Assembly (NCBI GenBank): GCA_013239625.1
Contig: MU054338.1
Location: 2,094,968-2,158,967 of the forward strand
Length of the DNA: 64,000 bases
Source: Lama guanicoe
Lineage: Eukaryota
Direction: 5' to 3'
A program made the translations under genes and the position numbers. The notes under the pieces were generated by a model. It was not told where the DNA came from and ran no database searches. It worked only from the letters and a program-made list of their open reading frames with translations. Shown here one piece after another: positions 1 to 10,538 of this stretch; the stretch's first letter is position 1, and each line of letters starts with the position of its first letter.

Positions 1-1320
1 CTGGAGAGCAGGCCGCAGGGTGGGGCAGGGCCAGGCACACAAGAGAGTGATGCTGGCCCAGGGGACAGAAGCGGGCAGGTGGGAGGGTGAGGTTGGTTTG
101 GGGGGAGGGTCGGGCACGTGGAAGGGCGGGGCCGGCTCCGGGGGGCGGGGGGAGCAGAGCCAGTCCAGTACCACCCGGTCCTGCCCGAGTGCCCATGTGC
201 GTCTGCGGCTGCCGGTCTCCACCTGACTGTCCGTGGGACTGTTTCCTTCCGGATTTGCCTGTGTCCTGCGGACTGTCCGTCTGCCTGATCCTACTTACTC
301 CAGCTCCCCATAGGGCAGTACCATCCAGGAATAATTGTTTAAGGATCTCCAGCACCTGGTTTCCTGTCTGCTCACGTGACTGCATGTGCCTAGGGTTGAC
401 TGACCTCCTGTGTCTCTCAGTCCGACACGCTTTCTGCCCGCGTGTCCAAATGGCTCTTTCTGTCCGAGTCTTCCTGGGTCTGGTGGTCTATCTGATTCTA
501 CCCGTTTGGGCCCATCTGTCTGGGACTGACAGTCGGCTTGCCTGTCTCTGCCCTTGTGACTTTATCTTGCTAGGAAGGAATGTACTTGGTGGTCCCTGAC
601 TGTTTGCCTGGCTCTTCTTTTTAAATTGAGATATGATCCACGTTCAGTAAAACCCACCATTTAAAAGTGTACAGCGAAGTGCTTTTCAGTATATTCGCAA
701 AATTCCAGAACATTTCCACCCCTCTCCCCCAAATCTGCCTGGCTCCTCCGTAAGATCTGTCTGTCTGGTACTGTGTCCAGTGGTCTCTCCCAGTGACTGT
801 CTCAGTTTGCTTGGTGGTATCTTGTCTGTCCACTGATTCTGTGCTTGCCTCGTGACTCTATTCCTATCTGTCCAGCTCTGGGCACGTGAGTGTATCTCTC
901 TGGGTCTGGGTGTATCTCTGCCTGAGTGTGCCTGTGGAACTGAATCTCTCTGTGTTGGGTGCTTCGTAGCTTTAATTCCACAGACCTGATTACAACTCTG
1001 GCCCTCGCAGTGTTGGTGGCTCCCTAAGCCGGCCGCCCTCACTTGTTCCACCGGGCAGGGCCTGCCTCCCCAGCTGTGCACCACCGCACACTGTCCCTCT
1101 GATGGTGCATCTGACAAACAGCTAGCTTGTTGGCCAGCTGTATGCTTGTCTTACCATCTGGTCCTTGATCATCCAGCTGTCTGTCTGATCAGACGGCTGG
1201 CTGTCTCTCTGTTGTCCGACTGTCTGAATTGTGGGCTGCCCGTGTCCAGGCTGACTGGCCACACCAGGCTGCCAGCGCCTCTCCTGCAGCCCCTCACTGG
1301 TTCTCGTTCTCCCGGAGCAG

Positions 1321-1400
1321 GCTGTGCCTTTGTGAAGTTCTCCTCCCACACGGAGGCTCAGGCGGCCATCCACGCCCTGCATGGCAGCCAGACCATGCCG
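1321..1400 (+). CDS. CELF5: CELF5 internal coding exon (end of RRM2: [27 protein letters not shown])
   Basis: cag| acceptor at 1320 and |gtgagt donor at 1401. The peptide is the RNP1/helix region of CELF-family RRM2. Confidence 0.95.
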
Positions 1401-1534
1401 GTGAGTCGGAGCTGCACTGGGAGGTGGGGGTGGGCAAGGAGCGAGGGGGCCTGGCCTTACCATCCCAGCCATCGAGTTGCCCCTGCCTTTTCTTCAGAGA
1501 GGGCACAGGAGGAGAAAGATGTGCAGTCTCTGAT

Positions 1535-2230
1535 GGTGGTGTGTGGCTGTGCATGTGTGTGTGTGTGTGAGAGTGCAAGTAAGTGGGGGCTGTGCATAGA
1601 TGTACTGCCGACATGTGGCTGCATGTGTGTGAGTACAATATGGTGTATGTTTCGGTGTGTGCACGTGAGTGTGCCTGAGATCGTGCATGCATGTCTGTGT
1701 GTGAATGTGCAGTTCTTAATAGGTGGGTGTCAGTGTGCACATGAGGTGTATGTAAATGGTGTGGCTATGTGTGCACGTGTGTACTGCTGCGTATGCACAT
1801 GTGTACACATATGACTGCATGTGCACACACAGACATTCATGCACGCTGAGTGGATGTGTTCACGTGTGCAACGGTGTGCAAGCTTTATGTGGGTGAGTGC
1901 ATGTGTGTATTTATAAGTGAGTTTGAGTGTGTCAGTGTGCCTGGGTGGTGTGGGTAGGACAGGTGTGCATGTGGGCATCTGCAGGGGTGTGTGACTGTGT
2001 GTGTGGATGGGCGAGCATGCGTGTGAGTGTAAGTGCATGCATTTAGATGTGCATATGTGTGATTTCGTGCAGATGAATGTGTACGTGTGTGGATGCATTG
2101 TGTAAGCATATGATGCATGTGTTAGTGTATGGACATATTCATGGTTGTGCACGTTTCTGAGTATAGATGGTGAGTGTAAGTCTGTGGGAGTTGAACCCAT
2201 GTGTATGTGTGTGCAAACGTGTGTGAGCCC
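1535..2230 (+). repeat. ~700-bp degenerate TG-rich low-complexity tract
   Basis: Continuous GTGT/GTGCAT/ATGTGT units. Confidence 0.9.
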
Positions 2231-3149
2231 CAGAGGAGCAGGGGAAGACGAGGCTGGAAGAACCTGCAGTTCAAGGCCAAAAAGCATACGATTCCTCCTA
2301 GGGCACTGGGGAGCCCCAGCGGGTTTCAGCAGGAGAGGGAAGGGGCCAGGTGATGTGGAAATGTCCCCTTGGGGCCAGAGTGCAGGATGGGCAGGGGCAA
2401 GAATGGAGCGAGGTGCCTGTGAGTCTGCAGCAGTGAGAGGCTGGGCGATAAGGGGGACCACACAGATGTTGGGGTGGCCCTGCCTCCCAGGAAGGAGGCC
2501 CTAGGAGTACCATCAGTGTATATAGATGCCCAAATCTGCCCTGGGGAAGACATATGTTGGAAAACCAACCCTCCTTTCTGTTGTTCTGGAAAATGGGTTT
2601 AAAGCACAGGGCAGTCTCCGACCATCTCTGGGTTCTTGGGCATCAGTTTAAGTCCCTGGAGGGGCTAGAGGCAGCTCAACCTGGAGCCAAGATTTCTCCT
2701 GCTCAGAGCTGTCCAGTGATGGAGCTGGTGGGCATGGCAGGGAGTGAGCTCTCCATCAAAGGAGGTATTCAAGCTCTCTGATGGTTGGAGTGCCACCTGT
2801 TCTTAGGTGTGGGTGGCAGCTATAGGATCCGCTATCCAGGTCCTGAGTGTTTCTCTCCAGCAGTTGGATTCTTCAGCTGTTTTTGAGAGCACGGCTGACA
2901 GTCAGGGCTCCCCAGACACAGCCCCCTACCCCAGGCTTGGACACCCAACCTGTGCACACAGTGGGCTGCAGGGTCAAGTGTGAGATCTGGGGTGCTGATC
3001 TCCAGGCTGTCCACACTGCGGCATCTGGGGGCCTGGGGGCAGGGCTGACAGCTGCTGCGATCTACACCCCTACACCCCTCATCCAAGGGACCCCAGAGTC
3101 CTGGCTACCTACCCCCTCTCTCCCTCCCTGCTTGCGGCTGCCCCTGCAG

Positions 3150-3296
3150 GGTGCCTCCTCCAGCCTGGTGGTCAAGTTTGCCGATACGGACAAGGAGCGG
3201 ACGCTGCGGCGCATGCAGCAGATGGTGGGCCAGCTGGGCATCCTGACGCCGTCCCTCACCCTGCCCTTCAGCCCCTACAGTGCCTACGCCCAGGCT
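3150..3296 (+). CDS. CELF5: CELF5 exon ([24 protein letters not shown]...YAQA)
   Basis: Polypyrimidine tract plus ctgcag| acceptor, |gtgagt donor, 147 nt, phase 0/0. Contains the typical [12 protein letters not shown] motif. Confidence 0.95.
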
Positions 3297-4090
3297 GTGA
3301 GTGACCCCCGCAGACACACCGCTGTCCCCAGTGGGGCTCCTGAGACCACTTTGCCGGTCCAGTCTCTCTCTCTTGCTCCATCTCTTGTCTGTCGAGGGCT
3401 TCTGCCTCTTTGCCCATCTTTCTGTCTCTGGCTGCATCTCTCTGGTGCAGGGTGCTATTCTGGCTGTGGCTAAGTCCCCAAATCCAAGCTGCTTCCAGAC
3501 CCCAGCCCCAGCTGAGCCCCCAGCCATGAGCTATGCTCCAAGCCCCAGCTGAACCCCAACTCTGGAGTGCCAGGTCCCCAGACTCAGCCCTCAAATCCAG
3601 GCTGAGTCTTAACCCCAAGTTGAGACCAAACCCAGACTGAGCCCCTAAGTCCAGCCAGAGCCCCAACTCTGGATGAGCCTCAAATTAATACCCAGCCTGG
3701 GGTTGATGCCCAGATCCTGGCTGCTCCCCAAATCCAAATTAGCCCCAATTCCAACTGAACCTCCAAACCCAGGCTGACTCCAAACTGAGACCCAACCCTT
3801 GGTGAGTTCAACAGTGACTGATATCGGGTCCCAGACTGTGCCCTGATCCCTGGCTGAGCTCTGTTTCCTAAATGGGCCTTGAACAGAGACCAGGCCCTGA
3901 CCCTAGACTGAGCCTTGATCCCAGGCTGAGCACCAATTCCTGAGCCCTGACTCCGACCTGAGCCATGACATACAGCTGACCCCACTAGTTACTGGTGGAC
4001 CAGCCCCCACCCCCCACCCCCTGCCATGAGCTGTGATCTCAGGCCGGATGCCACCCTGACGGTGCCTGTTAACTCCCTCTCCACCCCCAG

Positions 4091-4232
4091 CTCATGCAGC
4101 AGCAGACGACGGTCCTGTCCACCTCAGGCAGCTACCTGAGCCCCGGCGTGGCCTTCTCACCCTGCCACATCCAGCAGATTGGCGCCGTCAGCCTTAATGG
4201 GCTGCCTGCCACACCCATCGCCCCTGCCTCTG
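4091..4232 (+). CDS. CELF5: CELF5 linker exon (LMQQQTTVLSTSG...PIAPAS)
   Basis: cccccag| acceptor and G|gtgaga donor. Frame is continuous with the previous exon. Confidence 0.92.
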
Positions 4233-4316
4233 GTGAGAGTCTGCCAGGGGCCCGCGGATGGGTGGGCAGTGCCGGGGCTAGGACCAGGCTCCCCGTGATG
4301 CTCTTCCGCTCCCCAG

Positions 4317-4463
4317 GACTGCACTCCCCCCCGCTGCTCGGCACCGCCGCCGTGCCCAGCCTCGTGGCTCCCATCACCAATGGCTTCGCCGGCGTCGTGC
4401 CCTTCCCTGGCGGGCACCCTGCCCTAGAAACCGTATACGCCAATGGCCTTGTGCCCTACCCAG
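4317..4463 (+). CDS. CELF5: CELF5 linker exon (GLHSPPLLG...NGLVPYP)
   Basis: ccccag| acceptor and G|gtaact donor, 147 nt, phase 1/1. Confidence 0.92.
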
Positions 4464-4670
4464 GTAACTCGGGTGGTCCCCTGGGACCCGGGAGGGTGTC
4501 TCTGGGACAAGCATGAGTCCCTATGTCTTGATGCCCAGGGAACGGAGGGACAGAACAAAGGAAATCTCAGGTGAACAGACACCAGCTGTGGGCACAGAGA
4601 AAGGTTAAACAAGAACTTTGCATCCAGGTGTTTCTGGGTTCAAATTCTAGTTAGGTGGCCCTCAGCAGTT

Positions 4671-4797
4671 TCTTCTTTCTTCCTTTCCTTCCTTCCTTCC
4701 TCCATTCCTTCCTTTCTTTTAATGGAGGTACTGGGAATTGAACCCAGGACCTCATGCATGCCATGCATGCATTCTACCACTGAGCTATACCCTCCCC
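4671..4797 (-). mobile_element. tRNA-derived SINE (camelid Vic-1-like) with (GGAA)n-type tail
   Basis: Reverse complement reads GGGGAGGGTATAGCTCAGTGGTAGA...CCTGGGTTCAATTCCCAGTACCTCC (pol III A and B boxes). Confidence 0.85.
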
Positions 4798-4809
4798 ACC
4801 TCTGTGAGA

Positions 4810-5190
4810 ATTTATTTTTAGTTTGAAATGATTGGCACTCACAGGGGGTTTCAAAAATAGTACAGAGAGGTCCCAGTACCTAGCACTCGGTATCCCCAGA
4901 TGCTAACATCGCACATAACCGCAGTATGTTGTTAAAACTAGGAAACTGACACGATGTTGAACTCAACTGGAGTTGGAGAGCCTACTCAGACTTCACTTTT
5001 CACATGAACTGGTGTGTGTGTGTGTGTGTGTGTGGTTCTATGCCATTTTATCACAGGTATAGTTTCAGGTCACAACCACAACAGTCAACATACAGAATTT
5101 TCCATCTCCACAAAGTAATTCACTCATGAGACCCCTTTACAGACTTACCCTCCCACATCACCACCCCATCCTCCAGCAGCCTCTCTACAT
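4810..5190 (-). mobile_element. Old L1MC-like fragment containing (TG)n
   Basis: AAAAATAGTACAGAGAGGTCCC...AACCACAACAGTCAACATACAGAA motifs. Confidence 0.6.
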
Positions 5191-5680
5191 TCGAGCATGA
5201 TTTTTTTGCTCAATTTCCTCCAGACTCTCCAGCTCTGGTGGCCTAGACATCCTCTCCCCTTCCCCTGTGTCCTCCCCTAGGGATCATCAGGCAGTCACAG
5301 CCACATGGGGGGTCCATAGGGTGTCTAATGATCCAGATGTGGGGAGGGAAAAGGGGGAAGGGATGCGGGTGGGTGGTGATGGGGAACAGAGACCTGGAGA
5401 ATCCAGAGAATAAAGTGGAGGAGCAAGGGGGTCAGGATAAGGACAGAGTTGGGGTGATGGTTAAACCTCTCTCGAGTCCATGAAACCTGGATTCTAGTTT
5501 CGCTTCTGCTATTTCCTACCTGAGTAGCCATGTGCCAGCTGCTTCCCATCCCTGAGCTTCGGGTCCCCCACTTGTAAAATGGAGGTTATACTTGTAAAAC
5601 GTTGATGTAGAAGTGAAACTGGGGTGGATGGAAGACTTCTGCTGCCCCCGCCCTACTCAGCCCTTCCGTCTGCCCTGCAG

Positions 5681-5743
5681 CTCAGAGCCCGACGGTGGCT
5701 GAGACCCTCCACCCTGCCTTCTCTGGAGTCCAGCAGTACACAG
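5681..5743 (+). CDS. CELF5: CELF5 exon (AQSPTVAETLHPAFSGVQQYT)
   Basis: ctgcag| acceptor and G|gtaggg donor, 63 nt, phase 1/1. Confidence 0.92.
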
Positions 5744-5985
5744 GTAGGGAGGCAGCGCGGCCCCGCCCCTCGCCCACCCAGATCTGGCCCCGCCCCTCTC
5801 ATTCATTCCTTCTTCTGCCTATTCATTTCTTTGGACCCAATCCCAGTTCTTGGCCCGGCCCCCGCCCCGCCCTCCTTCAACATCTAGCCCTTCCCCCCCA
5901 TAACCTGCCTTTGGTCCCGCCCTCACGTACCGCCTAGACTCTGTCCCTGCGGGGGGCCTCCCCCCGCATCTCCTCTTCCTAACGA

Positions 5986-6142
5986 NNNNNNNNNNNNNNN
6001 NNNNNNNNNNNNNNNNNNNNNNNNNNNNNNNNNNNNNNNNNNNNNNNNNNNNNNNNNNNNNNNNNNNNNNNNNNNNNNNNNNNNNNNNNNNNNNNNNNNN
6101 NNNNNNNNNNNNNNNNNNNNNNNNNNNNNNNNNNNNNNNNNN
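5986..6142. other. Assembly gap (N run) in a GC-rich CELF5 intron
   Basis: Run of N. Confidence 1.
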
Positions 6143-6227
6143 CGCCCCGCCGCGCCCACGCCGGCACCCGGCTGCCCACCCGCCTCACGCCGGCCTCCGA
6201 CCTGTGTCTCGCTCCCGGTCTCTACAG

Positions 6228-6311
6228 CCATGTACCCCACCGCGGCCATCACGCCCATCGCGCACAGCGTCCCCCAGCCGCCGCCCCTCCTGCAGCAGCA
6301 GCAGCGAGAAG
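6228..6311 (+). CDS. CELF5: CELF5 exon (AMYPTAAITPIAHSVPQPPPLLQQQQRE)
   Basis: ctacag| acceptor and G|gtgagg donor, 84 nt. The QQQREG motif precedes RRM3 in CELF proteins. Confidence 0.92.
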
Positions 6312-8664
6312 GTGAGGAGGCCGCCACCTCCCCTGGGCGCCGGCCCCGCCCTCTGACCGCCCCCTCCACCTCCAGGACCCCCGGCCTGGCCTGGCCTCAG
6401 GGAACCGCGCGGCTAAAAGCGCGGCCTGCGGTCTGGACAGATCTGGGTCAAGTCCCGATGCAGCCCCTGGGTGTTTGGGGAACAAATGAATCTTCTCCTC
6501 TGAGCCTTGTTCTTCTCCTCTGGGAAGTGGGAACCGGGCTAGTCCCGACCCGGTGAGAATAGCAGTGACCCTGCCCCCACCAGGAGGTCTCTCCAGAATG
6601 GTGTGATTCTCTGAAATTTTGGAGAGGAAACGCGTTTTGAGGTTGGAGGGTGGGATGATGCGGTATCTCAGGTAAAATGAGGCTCCCGCAGTAAAGTCAA
6701 GGGAGGGAGGAGTTAGACTCTGGAGTCGGAATTCAATCCGGATTGAAATCGCCCAGTTCTGACCTGGGACCTCACATGGAAGGCACTTCACTGCCCGGTG
6801 CTTCAGTTTCCTCATCTGTCACACTGGCGACCCTCTGCGCCCAGAGGCCTTACTGGGAAGTGAGCAGCGGCCACTCCTGACACATAGGAGGCACTCGGCA
6901 CCAGGGAGTCACTCCTTTCCTTAATCCATCCAGTGAGGGTGGGGGCGGGGGCTGGGGACAGGCCCCACATCACCCTGTGACACGGGAAGCTTGGCCTGGC
7001 CTGCAGACTGAGTTCTGTGAGAATCTGTTTAATTTCTCCATTGCTGTTAGTCCGCAGGAACGGGGGACACTGCCTGGGTGCAGTGGCTAAAAGCTGGTTC
7101 GCATGCAGTCCGAGCTGCTATAACATGACCTATGCCTTCTGGAAATTCACCAGAGTTTGCAGAACTTCACCATACAAACCACAGGCTCATGGGGGAAACA
7201 GGGTTGGGGAAAGCCATTCAAAAATGTGGGCTGTGATGTGGCAAAAAAAAAAAGATAAAACCCTAATAAAAATGGTAATATGGTTTTATGCGTGTTAGAT
7301 GGTTAAGAAATACATAATACTACAATAAATTTGGCAATTTATCTTGGAAAAGACCTGAAGTTTGCACGGGAAAGTGGCCTCGGAAGGGCTACAACATGTG
7401 TTACCGTGAAATGATGGAAAGGTTTGTCTCAAATCAGACGGGGAGTCCTCACCCCAGAAGGGAGTGGGTGTGACTCATAACACACTTGGGGAACTGAGAC
7501 AGTTGGTAGATGGAGCTGTGTATGCGAGTGTGTGTGCATTTTGCTTTCTTAGGAGGTTCGGTTCAGCTGGGTGTGGTTTTTTGCATTCCCCTAGAGATAG
7601 CACACAAGCAAACACAAAATTCGTGTTTGCTCAAAATCGTTCTGAAACGTATCAGTCGCCTGGGAACATACTGGCATGTTAAAAACAAGCCTGTTAGCAG
7701 ACTTGTGGTCCTAATCTGGAAGGTAAGAGGTAGGTGTGACTGTGTCGTTTTGGATCTTGTATTTTCCAGGGTGGGGAATATTCATTGCGAGTACAGGGGA
7801 GTTCTCAGTGGTTTGATGGTTACCTTTCTTTTGGGATATAATCAAGGTTTTTTTTGATGCTGTTCTTATTTATAGTTTTTATATGAGCCATGCACTGGGG
7901 ATTATTGGGGGAGGGGATAATTTTGAGGGTTAGCCATGCTTTAAAAAATTCTTTCTAATCCGGATAGCATATCATTTAAAAATTATCTGTGCCTTCAGGA
8001 TATCTGGGGTTCAAGACTGGAGAATTATCTTTTAATTTTACTTGATTTTATGTGTGTATCATCTGAGTTTTGAAAATTATCCAACATTTGGAGGATTATC
8101 CAAGGTTTTGAAAAATATCTGGGTATTTGGGGTTTGGAACCAGGGAATCACTTGTCTTATTTTATTCTGTGATCATTGAACTTTCAAAAAAAGATGAGCA
8201 TTTCATTTTAAAACCAGTTTTAGATTTACAGAGTTCTTGCAAAGACAGAGTTTCCGTGTACCCCACACCCACTTCATCTGATTTCTGTAAATGATCTGGA
8301 GTTTGAGGTTTAGGGATTTTCCAGGGGCTTGGGGTCTTCTAGGATTTGGGGATTATCCAGGGTCTGGGATGGAGGGATTTATCTCGATTTGGGGGAGTAG
8401 AGATGAGCTGAATTTTGTAAATTCTCTGGGGACTGAGGATCATTAGAGGTTTGGAATATCTGAGTATGGGATTATATAGACAAGAGCTCAGGACACCCTG
8501 CCTCCCCTCCCCACCACTTCCATGCTCCTTCTTTCTGGGTGTTAGGGAGCACCCCTCTCCCAGCAACTGGAGATGCCAGATGTGGGCTCTGGACCCGCGC
8601 CCCTCCCCCGGGGGTCCGCCTCCTCTCCTTGGGGGCTTTATGTCTTTCTCTCCCCCACCTGCAG

Positions 8665-8808
8665 GTCCCGAAGGCTGTAACCTGTTTATCTACCACCTCC
8701 CCCAGGAGTTTGGAGACACGGAGCTGACGCAGATGTTCCTGCCCTTCGGCAATATCATCTCCTCCAAGGTGTTTATGGATCGGGCCACCAACCAGAGCAA
8801 ATGTTTTG
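8665..8808 (+). CDS. CELF5: CELF5 RRM3 exon ([18 protein letters not shown]...NQSKCF)
   Basis: ctgcag| acceptor and G|gtgagt donor, 144 nt. Contains the hallmark CELF RRM3 RNP2 sequence. Confidence 0.96.
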
Positions 8809-9099
8809 GTGAGTCCCTGTGGGGTGCCCCTTCCTGCTTGCCCTCCCTGGAATGGGAGGGTGGGAGAGTGTGGGCAGCCACAAGACAGGTCTAGTCCAAA
8901 AGAATCACATTCATGATCAAAGTGAGCACTTACTAAGCACCTACTGTGTGCTAAGCACTTACCTCTCAACCCTTCAAAGACTCCCTCATTCATTCAACAA
9001 ACAGATCGTGCACCTACTGTGTGCCATACACCATGCCGGGCACTGGCACAGAGCAGTGATGGGAGACAACAAAAATCCCTGCCTGCGGAAAGCTCAGTC

Positions 9100-9295
9100 T
9101 TACTGTGCTGCCCCTCGAACTTTCTCCGCTGATGGGAATGTTCTATATCTGCGCTGCCTGAGCCGCCAGCCCCACGTAGCTACTGAGCACTTGAAATGTG
9201 GCCAGTGCAACCAAAGGACTGAATGTTTCATTGTATTAATTTTAATGCATTTAAAATTGTGGCCAGTGGCTACCAAGACCAAATTGGAAAGCATA
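9100..9295. mobile_element. MER3/MER33-like hAT fragment
   Basis: GAACTTTCTCCGCTGATGGGAATGTTCTATATCTG...GAGCACTTGAAATGTGGCCAGTG. Confidence 0.7.
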
Positions 9296-10410
9296 GGTCC
9301 AGAGGGAGGAGACAGAAATAAACAAACATAGGATATAGACCAGGGTGTTATATGTGGTGTGGAGAAAAACAAAACTAGTGACAGAGTACAGACTGATAAG
9401 GAGGAGGCGATGTTTCAACTGAGACCTGAATGATGAGGAGCCAACCACGGGCATGTCGGGGGAAGAGTGTTCTAGGCAGAGGGAATCACTTGTGCAAAGA
9501 CCCTGGGGCGGGACTGAGCCTGGTGCATTGGAGGAACAGTGAGGAGGCCTGTGTGGCTGAAGCAGAGTGAGTGAGGGGAAGAGAGGGAGGAATGGAGGGT
9601 AGGGAGGGGATGGGGCAGGTTGTGCAGGGCCTTGTGGACTGTGGAGAGAACTTCCTTGTCCCCAGAAATGGGAAGTTAAGGCTCAGAGAGGCACGTAACT
9701 TGTCCAAAGTCACACAGCACCAAAGAGGCAGAACCTAGATTAGAAACGGTCTATTAGACTCCAAAATCTGGACTCTTAACCCCACCCTGTCCTCTTTGAA
9801 GGGTCGACTCTTGACTATTTATTAAGCACTTCCTGTATGCACTCATTATGCAACCATAAAAGGGAAGAATTGTCCCAGTTTACAAGAGGAGAAAAGAGAG
9901 GCATAAAATGGCCAAGCAACATGCTTTAGGTCACACAGCAAGCAGGGGGCCCTCCGCCAGTGCCCAGGCCCCTTCCTCTGTATCCTGCTTTCAGGAGGAA
10001 GAAGGAAATTTCTGGAGGAAAATCTGCTTAATCACATTCAGCAGTCAGGGGTCATGTGTTTTCTCTGAGCCTCAATTTCCTCATCTATGTAGTGGGAGGT
10101 GTGGGTGATGTGGAACCCCCAGAGGCCACACCTGTCCCCCACGTGGGTTGAGAAGTCTCAGCAGAGCAGACCCCAAGTAAGAAATGAGTGCCCCATCCCC
10201 AGAGGCAAGCAAGCCCAGGAGGTGCCAGAACCAGGCCAGGGCTGCTGTGCGTCCTTTGGGAAGCCCTCCACCTCCCGGACAGCCTGCCCCTGTGAGTGCA
10301 CACTCCTGCCCCCAGTGCCCCGCGCCACTGGGCAGCCAGGGCCACAGCACTGGAGCAAGCAGAGGATGCCCGCGTTGCCCATCATCGTGGGTCCACCCCG
10401 GTCTCTGCAG

Positions 10411-10538
10411 GCTTCGTGAGCTTTGACAACCCGGCCAGCGCGCAGACCGCCATCCAGGCCATGAACGGCTTTCAGATCGGCATGAAGAGGCTCAAAGTGC
10501 AGCTGAAGCGGCCCAAAGATCCGGGACACCCCTACTGA
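10411..10538 (+). CDS. CELF5: CELF5 last coding exon (GFVSFDNP...[11 protein letters not shown]); the exon continues as UTR to the donor at 10578
   Basis: ctgcag| acceptor, TGA at 10536-10538, CAG|gtgagc donor at 10578/10579. The C-terminus PKDPGHPY is CELF5-type. Confidence 0.95.

Noticed and set aside
7070..7710. Possible Tigger-like DNA transposon remnant
   Set aside because: It looks repeat-derived, but I could not identify terminal inverted repeats or a family confidently.
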